From positions 3,658,001-3,722,000 of the forward strand of contig OZ218950.1 in assembly GCA_965112735.1 (NCBI GenBank): DNA of 64,000 bases. The letters run 5' to 3'. Source of the stretch: Phaeosaccion multiseriatum (Eukaryota; Protista; Ochrophyta, other classes). The position numbers and the translations under genes are program-made. The notes under the pieces were generated by a model, which was given only the letters and a program-made list of their open reading frames with translations, had not been told where the DNA came from and did not search any database. Within the stretch, counting starts at the first letter, position 1. Every line of letters begins with the position of its first letter. Below are positions 43,120-53,186 of the stretch, in pieces.

Positions 43120-43348
43120 GCTGGCGGCGGCGGCGGAGGAGGAGGAGGAGGAGGAGACAACGAAGACCACCGGGAGGAAGACGATGAGAGTGTGGCCGAT
43201 ACGGAACTGGAGATTGAGGAGGACTCGGAACCCCCCCTTCCGAGTCCTCCTCAATCTCCAGTTCCGTATCGGCCACACTCTCATCGTCTTCCTCCCGGTG
43301 GTCTTCGTTGTCTCCTCCTCCTCCTCCTCCTCCGCCGCCGCCGCCAGC
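43120..43348. repeat. Perfect fold-back inside coding sequence (111-bp arms, C7 loop)
   Basis: 43120-43230 is the reverse complement of 43238-43348. Confidence 0.93.
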
Positions 43349-44688
43349 TGGAGTACGGGGAGAAGGAGGAGGAGGACGAGTTGATGGCCCAAGCCCCTGC
43401 GGCCGGCCCCGGTGAGACGGAGGAGGGGGCAGTCATTGACCTCACCGGGATGAGCGACGACGATGGGGGTGCCGACCGGGGGGGCGACAGGCGCAGTCCT
43501 GAGCAGCAACAGGAACCACCAGTAATTGATATCGCCAGCAGCAGCGACGATGAGGATGAGGTAAGACGTGGGCTGATGCAGCAGGAAGACGTGCGTGCAT
43601 TGCTTACGGGTTGATTGGTTCTCTGCCCCCCCCCAGGACGAGGAGCAACAAGCTGATGGAGCAGGAAGCAGGAGTAGCGGCAACACCGTCAACAATGTGG
43701 TAAGCAAGGCAAGCAAGGGCTGGCTGCTTGCTGCCGCGCAGGGCCTTGCTTGCTCACGACTTTGATTTGTGTGCTGTCCCAACCTTGCTCGTGCACCAGG
43801 ACGTGGCTGCTGAAGTCAAGCAAATGCTGAAGAATTGGGGTGTCCGCGGGGAAAACCCAAAGCCGAAGGATGTGAAAAAAGCGGTAGGTGCTTTTGCTTG
43901 CTTGTGGCTGGCTGACACAGCTTGTTGCAGTCTTTTTTTTTTGCTAATTTTGGACCAACCCCCGCCCGCTGCTCAGTGCGACAACTATCTGGCAGGATAC
44001 CTGCTGTCCTCCACCACCCCCTACTGTGGGCGCCATGAGCTACCCCCTGGTGGGTACGAATGGGGAGGTGAGGCAGTGTGGCCCAAGGGCGGTAGAATTG
44101 TGCAGTTTACCTGCCCCGACTGCAAGGAGGTGGTCAAATGCCCCACCCTGCATACCAAGGAGGCAGGGGACATGGCGGCCAAGACGTTGTGGCGAACCCA
44201 CAAGTCTGGCTTTCCTGCGACCGGGGAGTCTGGGTCCGAGACCTTCAAGTTTTGCTCGGGGAATCACCCCGGGTTTAACGAGTTTGCGGCCGCAATGCGC
44301 CCTGGGGCAAACCCGGACGACTGCGACGACCATGGGAGGGACTTCATCCTCTCCAAGGGCAACGGCGAGACGGAGAAGCAGCTCCTCGCCGACCACTTGA
44401 ATCTTGTGGCCAAGGGTCGCTACTTCGGCCGCGGAACCAGCGACAGGAGCAGCGCCCCCCCCGAACTACTCAGGGGCTTTACGCTGTGGGGTGAGCTTCT
44501 CCGACACAATGGCGAGACGGGGAAGATCATTTCCTGCTTGGGGTTCCATGTGCTATCGTCCACGATGAGGACGGGGCCCATGGTGCTGAATGGACTGCAC
44601 AACGACCGGAGAGTAGACGAGGTTGGTACTAGTATGCGAGTGGCTGCCTCAGCCATTGCTTGCTTCTGCGTGGCTGTTACTCACACTG

Positions 44689-44745
<57 letters not shown>

Positions 44746-44756
44746 ATCTCTCACTG

Positions 44757-44834
<78 letters not shown>

Positions 44835-44886
44835 CCTCTCTCTCTCTCTCTCTCTCTCACTGCCTCTCTCTCTCTCTCTCACACTG

Positions 44887-44960
<74 letters not shown>

Positions 44961-44961
44961 C

Positions 44962-44994
<33 letters not shown>

Positions 44995-45036
44995 TCTCTC
45001 TCTCTCTCTCACTGCCTCTCTCTCTCTCTCACACTG

Positions 45037-45069
<33 letters not shown>
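44689..45069. repeat. (CT)n microsatellite punctuated by CACTGC
   Basis: Visible directly; lies inside intron 44622-45096. Confidence 0.95.
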
Positions 45070-45071
<2 letters not shown>

Positions 45072-47599
45072 TGCCTGTATCGTCCCTCGACTTTAGGTCC
45101 TTGAATCAGTGCACAACGCAGAGTGCTTCCCCCCAAGCACCCTACGCGCGATAATGGCCACGAGCCTCCTCTTCTCGAACGAGGCGCATGGACCCAAGGG
45201 AGCACAGTACAAGCAGGCCCCTCACGCCCAACTCTTGGACCAAGTTCTGCGGTTCAAGAACCATTCCGGGGATGCCAACAAACCCAACAAGTCTTCCATT
45301 TCTTTCCGAGACTTGGAATTCTTGAGCAAGACCGGCCTGCTCTCCCCGCACAAGCTCGAGGTCTGGAACCACCTCAACGAGCACTACCTCAGCAGGACAG
45401 GGTCCGGGCGTGCGCAGCTCAAGCTGCCCCACTGCAACCTGCACACCGTAGTGACACGAGGGCAGAACACCGAGGACGAGAAGCGGCGACTCAAGGGCGA
45501 CATACTGCAGTTGAAGACAAGGGAGCAGTTCGAAGCCTTTGTGACGCAGGCGAGCAAGCCAGACGGTTGGGGCCACGAGGACACGAAGCACGTCATGAAC
45601 CTGTGGGACCAGTGCCCAAAGACGAGCATTCGTACGCCGAAGGAGGCGCTGGACTTCAATCTGGAGCAGGTGAGCGGTTGCTTGTTGACGTGTTTAGTTG
45701 GTTGACTGCCCTCGCTCAAACGATCGATCCCCTCCACCCCTGCCCTCAACAACCCAGGACTCCGTCAAGCTGCTTCGCTGGCTGTACAAACGATTCCTAT
45801 CGTCGCCGGAGGCGAAGGTCGCTCTCGTCGTCGCCAATCGGCCCGACTACCTGCTCAGTGGGAAAGCGCCTGGCTCAAAGGGGCCCGAGGGAAAGAACAT
45901 CTACCTCCAGATGTTCAAGTCAAAGGAAGGGCGCAAGACGTTGGCTGTGAACAACGGTATGGCGGGCGCCGATGGATGCTTTTCGTTTAACAGGGCGGCC
46001 GTGGAACTCAGAGATGAGCCGCCAACGACCAAGTACTTTCGCTTCCACTTCGACGGAGGCTTTGCCGGCAAGCCGTTCCTGATAGTACGCAAGACGAGAA
46101 AAGACAAGCATGGCAATTTCCTCCGGTCGCAGCGCATGCTCTACCACAACCCCACGGTATGTAGCGTTTCTTTTTGCTTCTCACTTGACTCGCTCCTGCG
46201 TAGCTAACCTCGTGGCTTGCACGCCCGCACCCACACCAGGCCCTCGCTGTCCTCCACCTCTATTCGGGGTGCAGGAGCAGTAAGACGTTCCAGTTTTACC
46301 CACGTCTCCGGTGCCTCTTCCTCTGGACCCTTGCTGGCGAGCCGGAGAGGCCGCTCACGGACCCCTTCATGGCCGAGATCATCATCTCCTTCATCATCGG
46401 CCTCTCCGATGGTGAGTAAGATTGCCCATCATCGCTCAGCAATGCGCCCTCACGTACTTGACTTGGCCTGCCTCACGCAAAGCTTGCTTGCCCCTTTCCC
46501 CTCCCTCCCTCGCTCAGGGGACGGCTCCTCCGCCCTCATGTACCTCTCGGCCGACGGGAGAAGGATGTGGAGGGCCGTCTTCTCCATTCACTCGGGGGTG
46601 AAGGAGGAGGTCGAGCAGATCCGAGAGATGCTCCCACATGCCGTCAAGCAGGTGACCGGCAATGAGCTTAACAAGCGGGGGAGGATGTACCCCCACCTGT
46701 ACCGCACGAAGGACGACGCGGACCGCGTTACGGCCATGAGCATCGCAGTCTGGTCGGTCAGCTGGACCACTCGCCACGACTGGATCCTCATCCACCAGGC
46801 CTTTAACACGGTCAAGCCGCAGCCGCGCCTGTCACGGAAGGTCGTCGACGACCCGACCAACCGGTACGTGCCGGACCACGTTCCGGGAAAGTAGATTTAC
46901 AGCGACAACGACGACGAGCAGAAGGAGGAGCAGAAGGAGGAGCAGCAGCAGCGGGAGGAGGACGACGACGAGGAGGAGGAACGGATCAGCGAGGAGCAGA
47001 TCCTGCAAGACATCCTCGCCGCCAGGGACGAGGACGGTGAGAACGAGGACGAGCACGACAACCGAGGAGTCTGAGCAGGAGCTGGCGACGGCCCTGAGGT
47101 TGCTTCCGGTAGCTACCTTCTCCTCCTCCTGCTGCTGGTCGCGCTGCCAAGGCATGTACGTCAGTTCCGAGGACCTTGTGTGGGCAGCAGCAGGAGCAGG
47201 AGCGAGCAGCAGCAGCAGCAGCAGGAGCAGCAGGAGCAGTAACACACAGTACAAGTAGTAGTGGTAAAAGACAAGTAATATTAGTTATAGAAGTCACGAG
47301 CCTCGCCACAGCCAAGCAAGCAAGCGGGACGCAGCTACATTTGCCTGCCGCCGTCTCTCCGCCGCCACCGACCGCGCGAGCGAGCCGTCCCTGCTCTATA
47401 CACATGGTGGCCGTCAGGGGCCGCTCGCGTGCTACAGGTAGGGGCGCAAGCTTGGCGTGGACTAGAACAATTGATATTAGAATGCGTTCCGATGCGTGTG
47501 CGCGCGCTTGCCGGCCGGTTCTCGTCTCCAGCCAGGGGGGAAGGGCTGCGGAACCGTTCGGGCAACCCTCGCTGCCTCTTGCTCTCCGTGGTCTTGGGG

Positions 47600-48443
47600 C
47601 CGGGCTTGTCCAAGAAGAAGGAGTCTCCCCTCCCTCCTGCTCCTCCTCCTGCTGCTCTTGTTCCTCGAGGCGGCGAGCCGTATCCCCCACCAATTGATTA
47701 TACGTCTTCATGGCGCCCTTCAAGTCGCCCCGCAGCTCGCAGTCCAGTGCCCTGCGCGTCTCCTCTACAGTGCTCGCCCTTGCAGACAACCCTAACAAGA
47801 CCTCCTTCTCCCCCAGTTCGGCGTACAGTCTGCTCAGCTCCAGCCACGACACCCGCTCCTCCTTCTCGTCCTGCTTCTCCTCGCCGGCCTCTGTATCACC
47901 AACCGCACCACCTCCACCTCCACCACCCCTCTTGGACGTGATGTGCGCTGCCCCCTTACTCCCTCTCCCCCTTGCTGTGGTCATGCTCCTCTGCTGCTTG
48001 GCCTGCTTGGCCACGATGCTGGGGCCGGAGTGGCAATTCAGACTCCGAATAGCCGAGTTGGCAATGAGCGAAGGAGGCAAACGCAACGGCATGGGGGCAG
48101 CAGGAGCAGCAGCAGTCGTAGCAACAGCAGTTGGTGACACAGAAAGCGTCGCCACCACCCGGCACGCCGCGAGCAGGCTCCTTTGACACTCTTGTCTCTC
48201 ATGCTGGTGTATCACCAACTGCTGCTGCTGTACCACCAAGTGGTGATCCTGCTGGTTCTGCTCACGCCCCGTCCCCACACCTGGAAGCGCGCTTCCTCCT
48301 CCTCCCCCGACGTATAGACGCCTGAAGAGCTGCACGAAGAGCTCCTTTGCCACTCCTCCATGGAGCATGGCGAGGTGCTGCAGGGGCTTTAGTACGTCCC
48401 TGACAGGAATCTCAATGTCCGGGAGCTCCCCTGCCGATACCGC
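47600..48443 (-). pseudogene. PRKDC: Isolated exon of DNA-PKcs (region leading into the FAT domain)
   Basis: (RYRQ)GELPDIEIPVRDVLKPLQHLA...AKELFVQLF and WLELSRLYAELGEKEVLLG...TRRALDCELRGDLKGAMKTY match recalled DNA-PKcs segments (YRxGDLPDIQI...PLQ; WxELAKLY...ALLAE..DY..A...Y). Acceptor AG at 48444-48445 and a 1-nt shift in a G run. No other PRKDC exons were seen. Confidence 0.75.
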
Positions 48444-49054
48444 CTGCGTGCGGACAAAAGGAGGGGGGGAGGGAGTAGGGGCAAGTTTTCAAATTTTCAC
48501 TTGCGTGTCACTTTACGCAAACTGCTTGTACTAGAACAGCGTACTCTGCACTATTCTACTACCGGTGCGTGTGACAACCTCCCCTCCCCCCCGCCTCCGT
48601 CCAAACAAGTGTTTGGACCATCGAAACAGGTCACAGGTCCACCCAATCCACCTCTACATATGTACAATCTCACGAACCCTAACGCACCTAAACATGGCGT
48701 CCTTCGGCGGTCTTCCGTCCTTTGCCGTGGCGCCTTCACCCGTACCAGCCCCCTCCATGCGACTGCTGTGTAGCGCCGCCCCGTCACGCCTCCACCATCG
48801 TCGGCACCGCTGTCTCCGCCAATGTTACGCAAGAGCAAGGAGGTGTCCTGGACCTGGGAAGGGTACGCCGCGGTACTGCCCACAGCCTCCTCCTCCCCCT
48901 CCTTGCTGGGTTTGTCTCCAGCTAGAGTCCTGCGGCCCCACCTGCGCGCTGCCGTTCTTGACCATGCTACTGGGGAGCCCCCCCGCCCCTCCTCCTCCGC
49001 CCACAGTCTGACTCGTCGTCCACTCACAGTCCAAACCTTGGTCGGACTAGTATA

Positions 49055-49288
49055 GGCATACAGGCATACAGGCACACGGGCACACACACAGGCATATAGG
49101 CATACAGGCATACGGGCATACAGGCATACAGGCATACATGCATACATGCATACAGGCACACAGGCATACAGGCATGCAGGCATACAGGCACATATGCATA
49201 CAAGCATACAGGCATGCAGGCACACAGGCATACAGCCAAAAAGGCATACAGGCATACAGGTATACAGGCATACAGGCATGCAGGCATA
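49055..49288. repeat. 8-bp tandem repeat (CAGGCATA)n, intronic
   Basis: Visible directly. Confidence 0.9.
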
Positions 49289-51479
49289 GGGGTAGGTGTG
49301 CGGCTCATATCTTCGACGCTCTGACCTTAGTGGCGCTGAGTGCATTGACGGGCCCCTCGTGAGCCTTGTGCACCTTGGCCACCCTGCGCCCCTCCCATGT
49401 GTACAAGTGCCCGCTCGCCGTGCCCGTTACGAGTAACCGCCCCGCTCTTCCTTCTCCTCCTTCTCCTCCTCCCCCCCCACCACCACCACCACCACCACCA
49501 CCTCCTTGTCTGTCCTGCTTTCCCCCGTCACTCGGAGAGGAGGAGGAGGAGGAGGGGAGGGGCAGGGAGGCTGCGCACACGCAGGGCTGGATGCAAGCGT
49601 CTCCCTTGTGGCCGAACATTCCCTTCTTGCCCTTGAGAGAGCGCCCAGACATGGCCCAGAACTTGACGTGGTTCACACCGCCCGTCACCAGCGAGTTCTG
49701 CCAGCAGCAGAGGGAGAGGAGAGGAGAGCAGAGGAGAGGGCGGGACGGGGCAGGAGAGGAGAGGAGAGGAGAGCAGAGAGGGGCAGACGGGCCGTGAGTG
49801 TGACGGTGTGGGTGAGAAGGTGATGATGGGGGGGAGGAAGGGTGGGGTGGGAGTGGGGAGGGGGTGGGGTGGGAGTGGATGAATGCTGCGCGCAGCCTGA
49901 CCTTCTTTCACGCCTCCATGGGAGGGGGAGCTCCCTTTCCCCACTTCATCTTGCTCGACCTCAAATAACGGCACCACAAGTAAGCAACCTCTGCACGCAG
50001 CATTGCCTTCTCCTCCCTCCCTCCCTCCCTCTCTCCCTCCCTCCCACCCATCCCTCGCACCTTCTTACCCTCCTAACCCCCCCCTCCTTCCACACACAAC
50101 CCACCTCGTCTGTCCAATGCGCAAAGAGCACCTTGTTGCTATCCCCCCTCCCCGAGGCCAGCAGAGAGACATTGCTCCACGCCCCCCCCCGGTCCGCCCA
50201 CACGGCGTGAGAATGCTCATCGTCCTGCCCCACACTGGCCAGCCGCGTGCCCCCCGGGGAGAAAGCCAGCGCCAAGATCCCCCGAGTGTGGAAGCCCTGA
50301 AGCGTCTGGAGGTGATGTCCCGAGGCGCTGTCCCACACCCTAATGGCGGGGCGCTTGCCAATCTGCCCCGTTGCAATGTAACGGCGATCGCTGCTGATCG
50401 CCAGGGAGATGATGTCATCGGTGTGGCCCTGATGAAAGCGTTGCTCCCTACTGCTTCCACCGCCGCCACCACCACCACCACCACCGCTCCTGAGGTTGCT
50501 GCCTGATCCGTCTCCTTCTTCCTCTCCTTCTTCACAGTCTTGTTCCTCGTCTTGTGCCTCCCCCCCCACCCCCCCTGCCTACCGGACTGCGCTGAAGCAG
50601 CACTCCCACCGTGGCCGCGTGGTAGGCAATGTCCCCTGTAGCCGTGTACCAAAGGTTGCCCCTACAATCGTGGCTGCGATAACCGTGGATCCACTCCAAG
50701 TGGAGGGCGATGGCGGGGGCGCCGGGGGTTGTCTGTGGGCGGGTACGTGGGTACCCTGACCGCCCCGAGCCAAGGCTTTATTGCCATGAACTCATCCCCT
50801 CCCCCTCGGCCCCCTTCCAGCAGCAACCCCCCGCCTCCTCCTCCTCCTCCTTCTTCTTCTTCTCTGCCAACGCTACCACCGCCTCCTCCTCCGCCCTCGC
50901 CTCCTCGCACGCCCCCTAGTCTCCTCCCCCCTCCTCCTCCGGCTCCCGCCCCTCCCGCCGCCCCTGGTCGTCCCTTGCTTCGCTGCTGCTGCTGCCGGAG
51001 GAGCAATAGGGGCAAATCGTCGCCAAACTCGTCCCAGCTTCCGTCTACTCCCCCCCCTCCCACCCCATGCTGCTGTTGCTGCCGCGGATGCTGAGAAGCA
51101 TAGGTTGACGGAGGTAGAGAGGAGGAGGATGTCGTAGCTACAGCCGTCTCACGCACAGACATTTCGTGGCGCCACTGAAAGACACAGCGGTCGTTACCCC
51201 CCGTTGTGATGAGGCATTCGTCTCCGGCGGTGAAGCAGCACTTGGTCACGTGGCTGTGTAGTGTCAAGTCGGATCGGCGAGGGCGTAGAACAGAGGGGGA
51301 CGGTAGCATGGGAGGTAGGTAGGTAGGTGGGAGGTACGTGGGTAGGTAGGTGAGAAGGTGAGAAGGTAGATGGATAGGCAGGGTGAGGTGAGATGCGCGG
51401 GTAGGCAGGTAGGTCGGTAGGTGGGTAGGTGGGCAGGGATAGGTATGGAAAGAATGAGACAAAACCAATTGTACCAATG

Positions 51480-51765
51480 CGTGTACCTCTACATACCCGT
51501 ACGTATGCCTCTACATACCCGTATGTTTGCCTCTACATGCCCGAAAGTATGCCTCTACATACCCGTACGTATGCCTCTACATACGCGTATGTTGGCCTCT
51601 ACATGCCCGTACGAATGCCTCTACATGCCCGTACGTATGTCTCTACATACCCGTATGTTTGCCTCTACATGCCCGTATGTATGCCTCTACATGCCCGTAC
51701 GTATGTCTCTACATGCCCGTATGTATGCCTCTACATGCCCGTACGTATGCCTCTACATGCCCGTA
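51480..51765. repeat. 22-bp minisatellite (TATGCCTCTACATGCCCGTACG)n in an EML intron
   Basis: About 13 units. The flanking exons splice to GHSSHVTKC. Confidence 0.9.
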
Positions 51766-52047
51766 CCTGCTATGCCCCCTTGCCTCCAGGAACTGCGCCC
51801 CCACAGACACGCAGGGCCAGCGGAAGAGCTTCACGAGGCCGAAGTCGTCAGTCGTCGCCAACACATTCCCTGTGGAGGAGGACCAGGCAAAGGAAGGGGG
51901 GGGGGTGGCAAAGGAAAGGGCAGGGGCAAGGGCAAGGGTATTATGGCAGCGCATTTCAAGACAGGGTCAGAGCGGAGATTGCGCCGTGAGGATGGTAGTT
52001 GATGGGTTGGTGAATAGGATGTTAAGAGGACTACGCACACATCGCAA

Positions 52048-52098
<51 letters not shown>

Positions 52099-53114
52099 GC
52101 ATGTGACCTTGCCACCGATTTTGGCCAAATGCCCTGCACGGCCCAGCCCAGCACGCAGCTCTCAGAGGCCCAGTGAGCGCCTCGCAGCTCCCTTGCTGAG
52201 GCAACTTGCTTGCCTGTTGACGCGTCGGCGAAGATTAGCTCGTAGGCCCCGCAGTTGCTGGTAGGGCAAGAAGAGAGAGTGGAAGTAAAGACCGAGTGAA
52301 GAACGGTTCATTAAGAGAGCGACAGGGGGGAAGACAGCTTCATTGCGTAACCTCTCCTTCCTCCCCTCCCTCCCTCACTCACTCACTCACCTCCGTATGA
52401 ACTGCGAATCGGCGGAGAAGTCCAGGTGCGTGACGTAGGAATTGTGGCGGTCCATCTTGGCGCGCAGCTTGAGCGTTACAGAATGAAGGGAGGATGATGT
52501 TACAGAAGCACTTCCCTTTCTTCCACGAAGGCCTCCCACAGGGTATAGGGGGGAGGTGCGAAGCCGCGGCGAGAGTGGCCCCGTCCGGCGAGAAGCGCAC
52601 GTCGCTGATCCACTGCTTGGCGTGCCGCTGCCGGGCGGAAACCACCTCCCTCAGTCCCTCCCTTCGCTCACCAGCAGATGGCACTCTATCCAACCGTCGT
52701 TCTGGTATTGTAGGCATACTTCGCTGACTCTAGAGAGAAAGGTTTTCCGAGATATACACAGTAACTGTAAGAAGGGGAGGGAGAAAGAAAAAAAGGAGGA
52801 AGGAATGAAGCATGTCAATGAAAAAGCCCCCCGGGAGCCCAAAAAAAAAGGTGCAAAAAATAGAACCCCGGGGGGCCCGAGAAGTGGAAAAAATCGAACC
52901 CCGGGGGGCACGGGAAAGCAGGCTACAAAGACAATACGAGGCTTCAGTAGCCTTTAAGCCCCTTCGAGAGGTCGTGAGCACAGCACACTGCCGATAGAAG
53001 CTCACAGGAGAAGAAGGGATCAAGAGCCGAGGGAGAAAAAAAAAAAAAAAAAGCAAAAAAAAAAAAAAAAACCCCGGGGGTACGGATAAAAAAGGCCATC
53101 GGGGGGTTTTGATC

Positions 53115-53186
53115 CGTCAAAACGGGGAATCGAACCCCGATCTCATCCGTGAAAGGGACGCATGATAACCATTACACTATAATGAC
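53115..53186 (-). tRNA. tRNA-Glu(TTC), possibly a pseudogene
   Basis: GTCATTATAGTGTAATGGTTATCATGCGTCCCTTTCACGGATGAGATCGGGGTTCGATTCCCCGTTTTGACG has an anticodon arm CGTCC-CTTTCAC-GGATG and a T arm CGGGG-TTCGATT-CCCCG. A T6 terminator lies ~20 nt downstream. There are two T-T mismatches in the acceptor stem. Confidence 0.85.

Larger units (their letters stand above)
38737..46894 (+). pseudogene. 10-exon gene: USP/C19 peptidase + tandem novel domain + acidic SIM-like region + Cys/His region + double-motif LAGLIDADG endonuclease-like domain; this copy is disrupted
   Basis: GT-AG introns at 39079-39180, 40029-41894, 43561-43636, 43700-43799, 43884-43976, 44622-45096, 45670-45757, 46157-46239 and 46412-46517 join into ~1,560 codons. 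Cys box GCENRQNQCYMAAALQL; His box AVLVHQGADGAGHFVAHY...WYMADDARV; LAGLIDADG-like LAVNNGMAGADG and ISFIIGLSDG|DGS. Lesions: a hairpin insertion in exon 2, a frameshift in the C11 run (~41982-41992) and an in-frame foldback in exon 3. Confidence 0.8.
48570..52655 (-). pseudogene. EML5/EML6-like WD40 protein, upstream portion, frameshifted and degenerating
   Basis: WISDVRFSPDG, HNSYVTHLDFSADS, LGWAVQGIWP, TTDDFGLVKLFRWPC, GHS|SHVT, GGDEFMAIKPWLGAV, HELP motif LEWIHGYRSHDCRGNL, GHTDDIISLA and TGGVNHVKFW. Frameshifts near 50725 and 52550. Confidence 0.8.

Noticed and set aside
45900-46894. Intein or group I intron context for the LAGLIDADG domain
   Set aside because: No Hint-domain C1 or His-Asn-C/S/T junction is visible, and the introns are ordinary GT-AG spliceosomal ones.
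47441-47466. Helitron 3' end (imperfect palindrome GCGCAAGCTTGGCG then CTAG)
   Set aside because: The hairpin is imperfect and too close to CTAG, the next base is A rather than T, and no Rep/helicase or 5' end was found.
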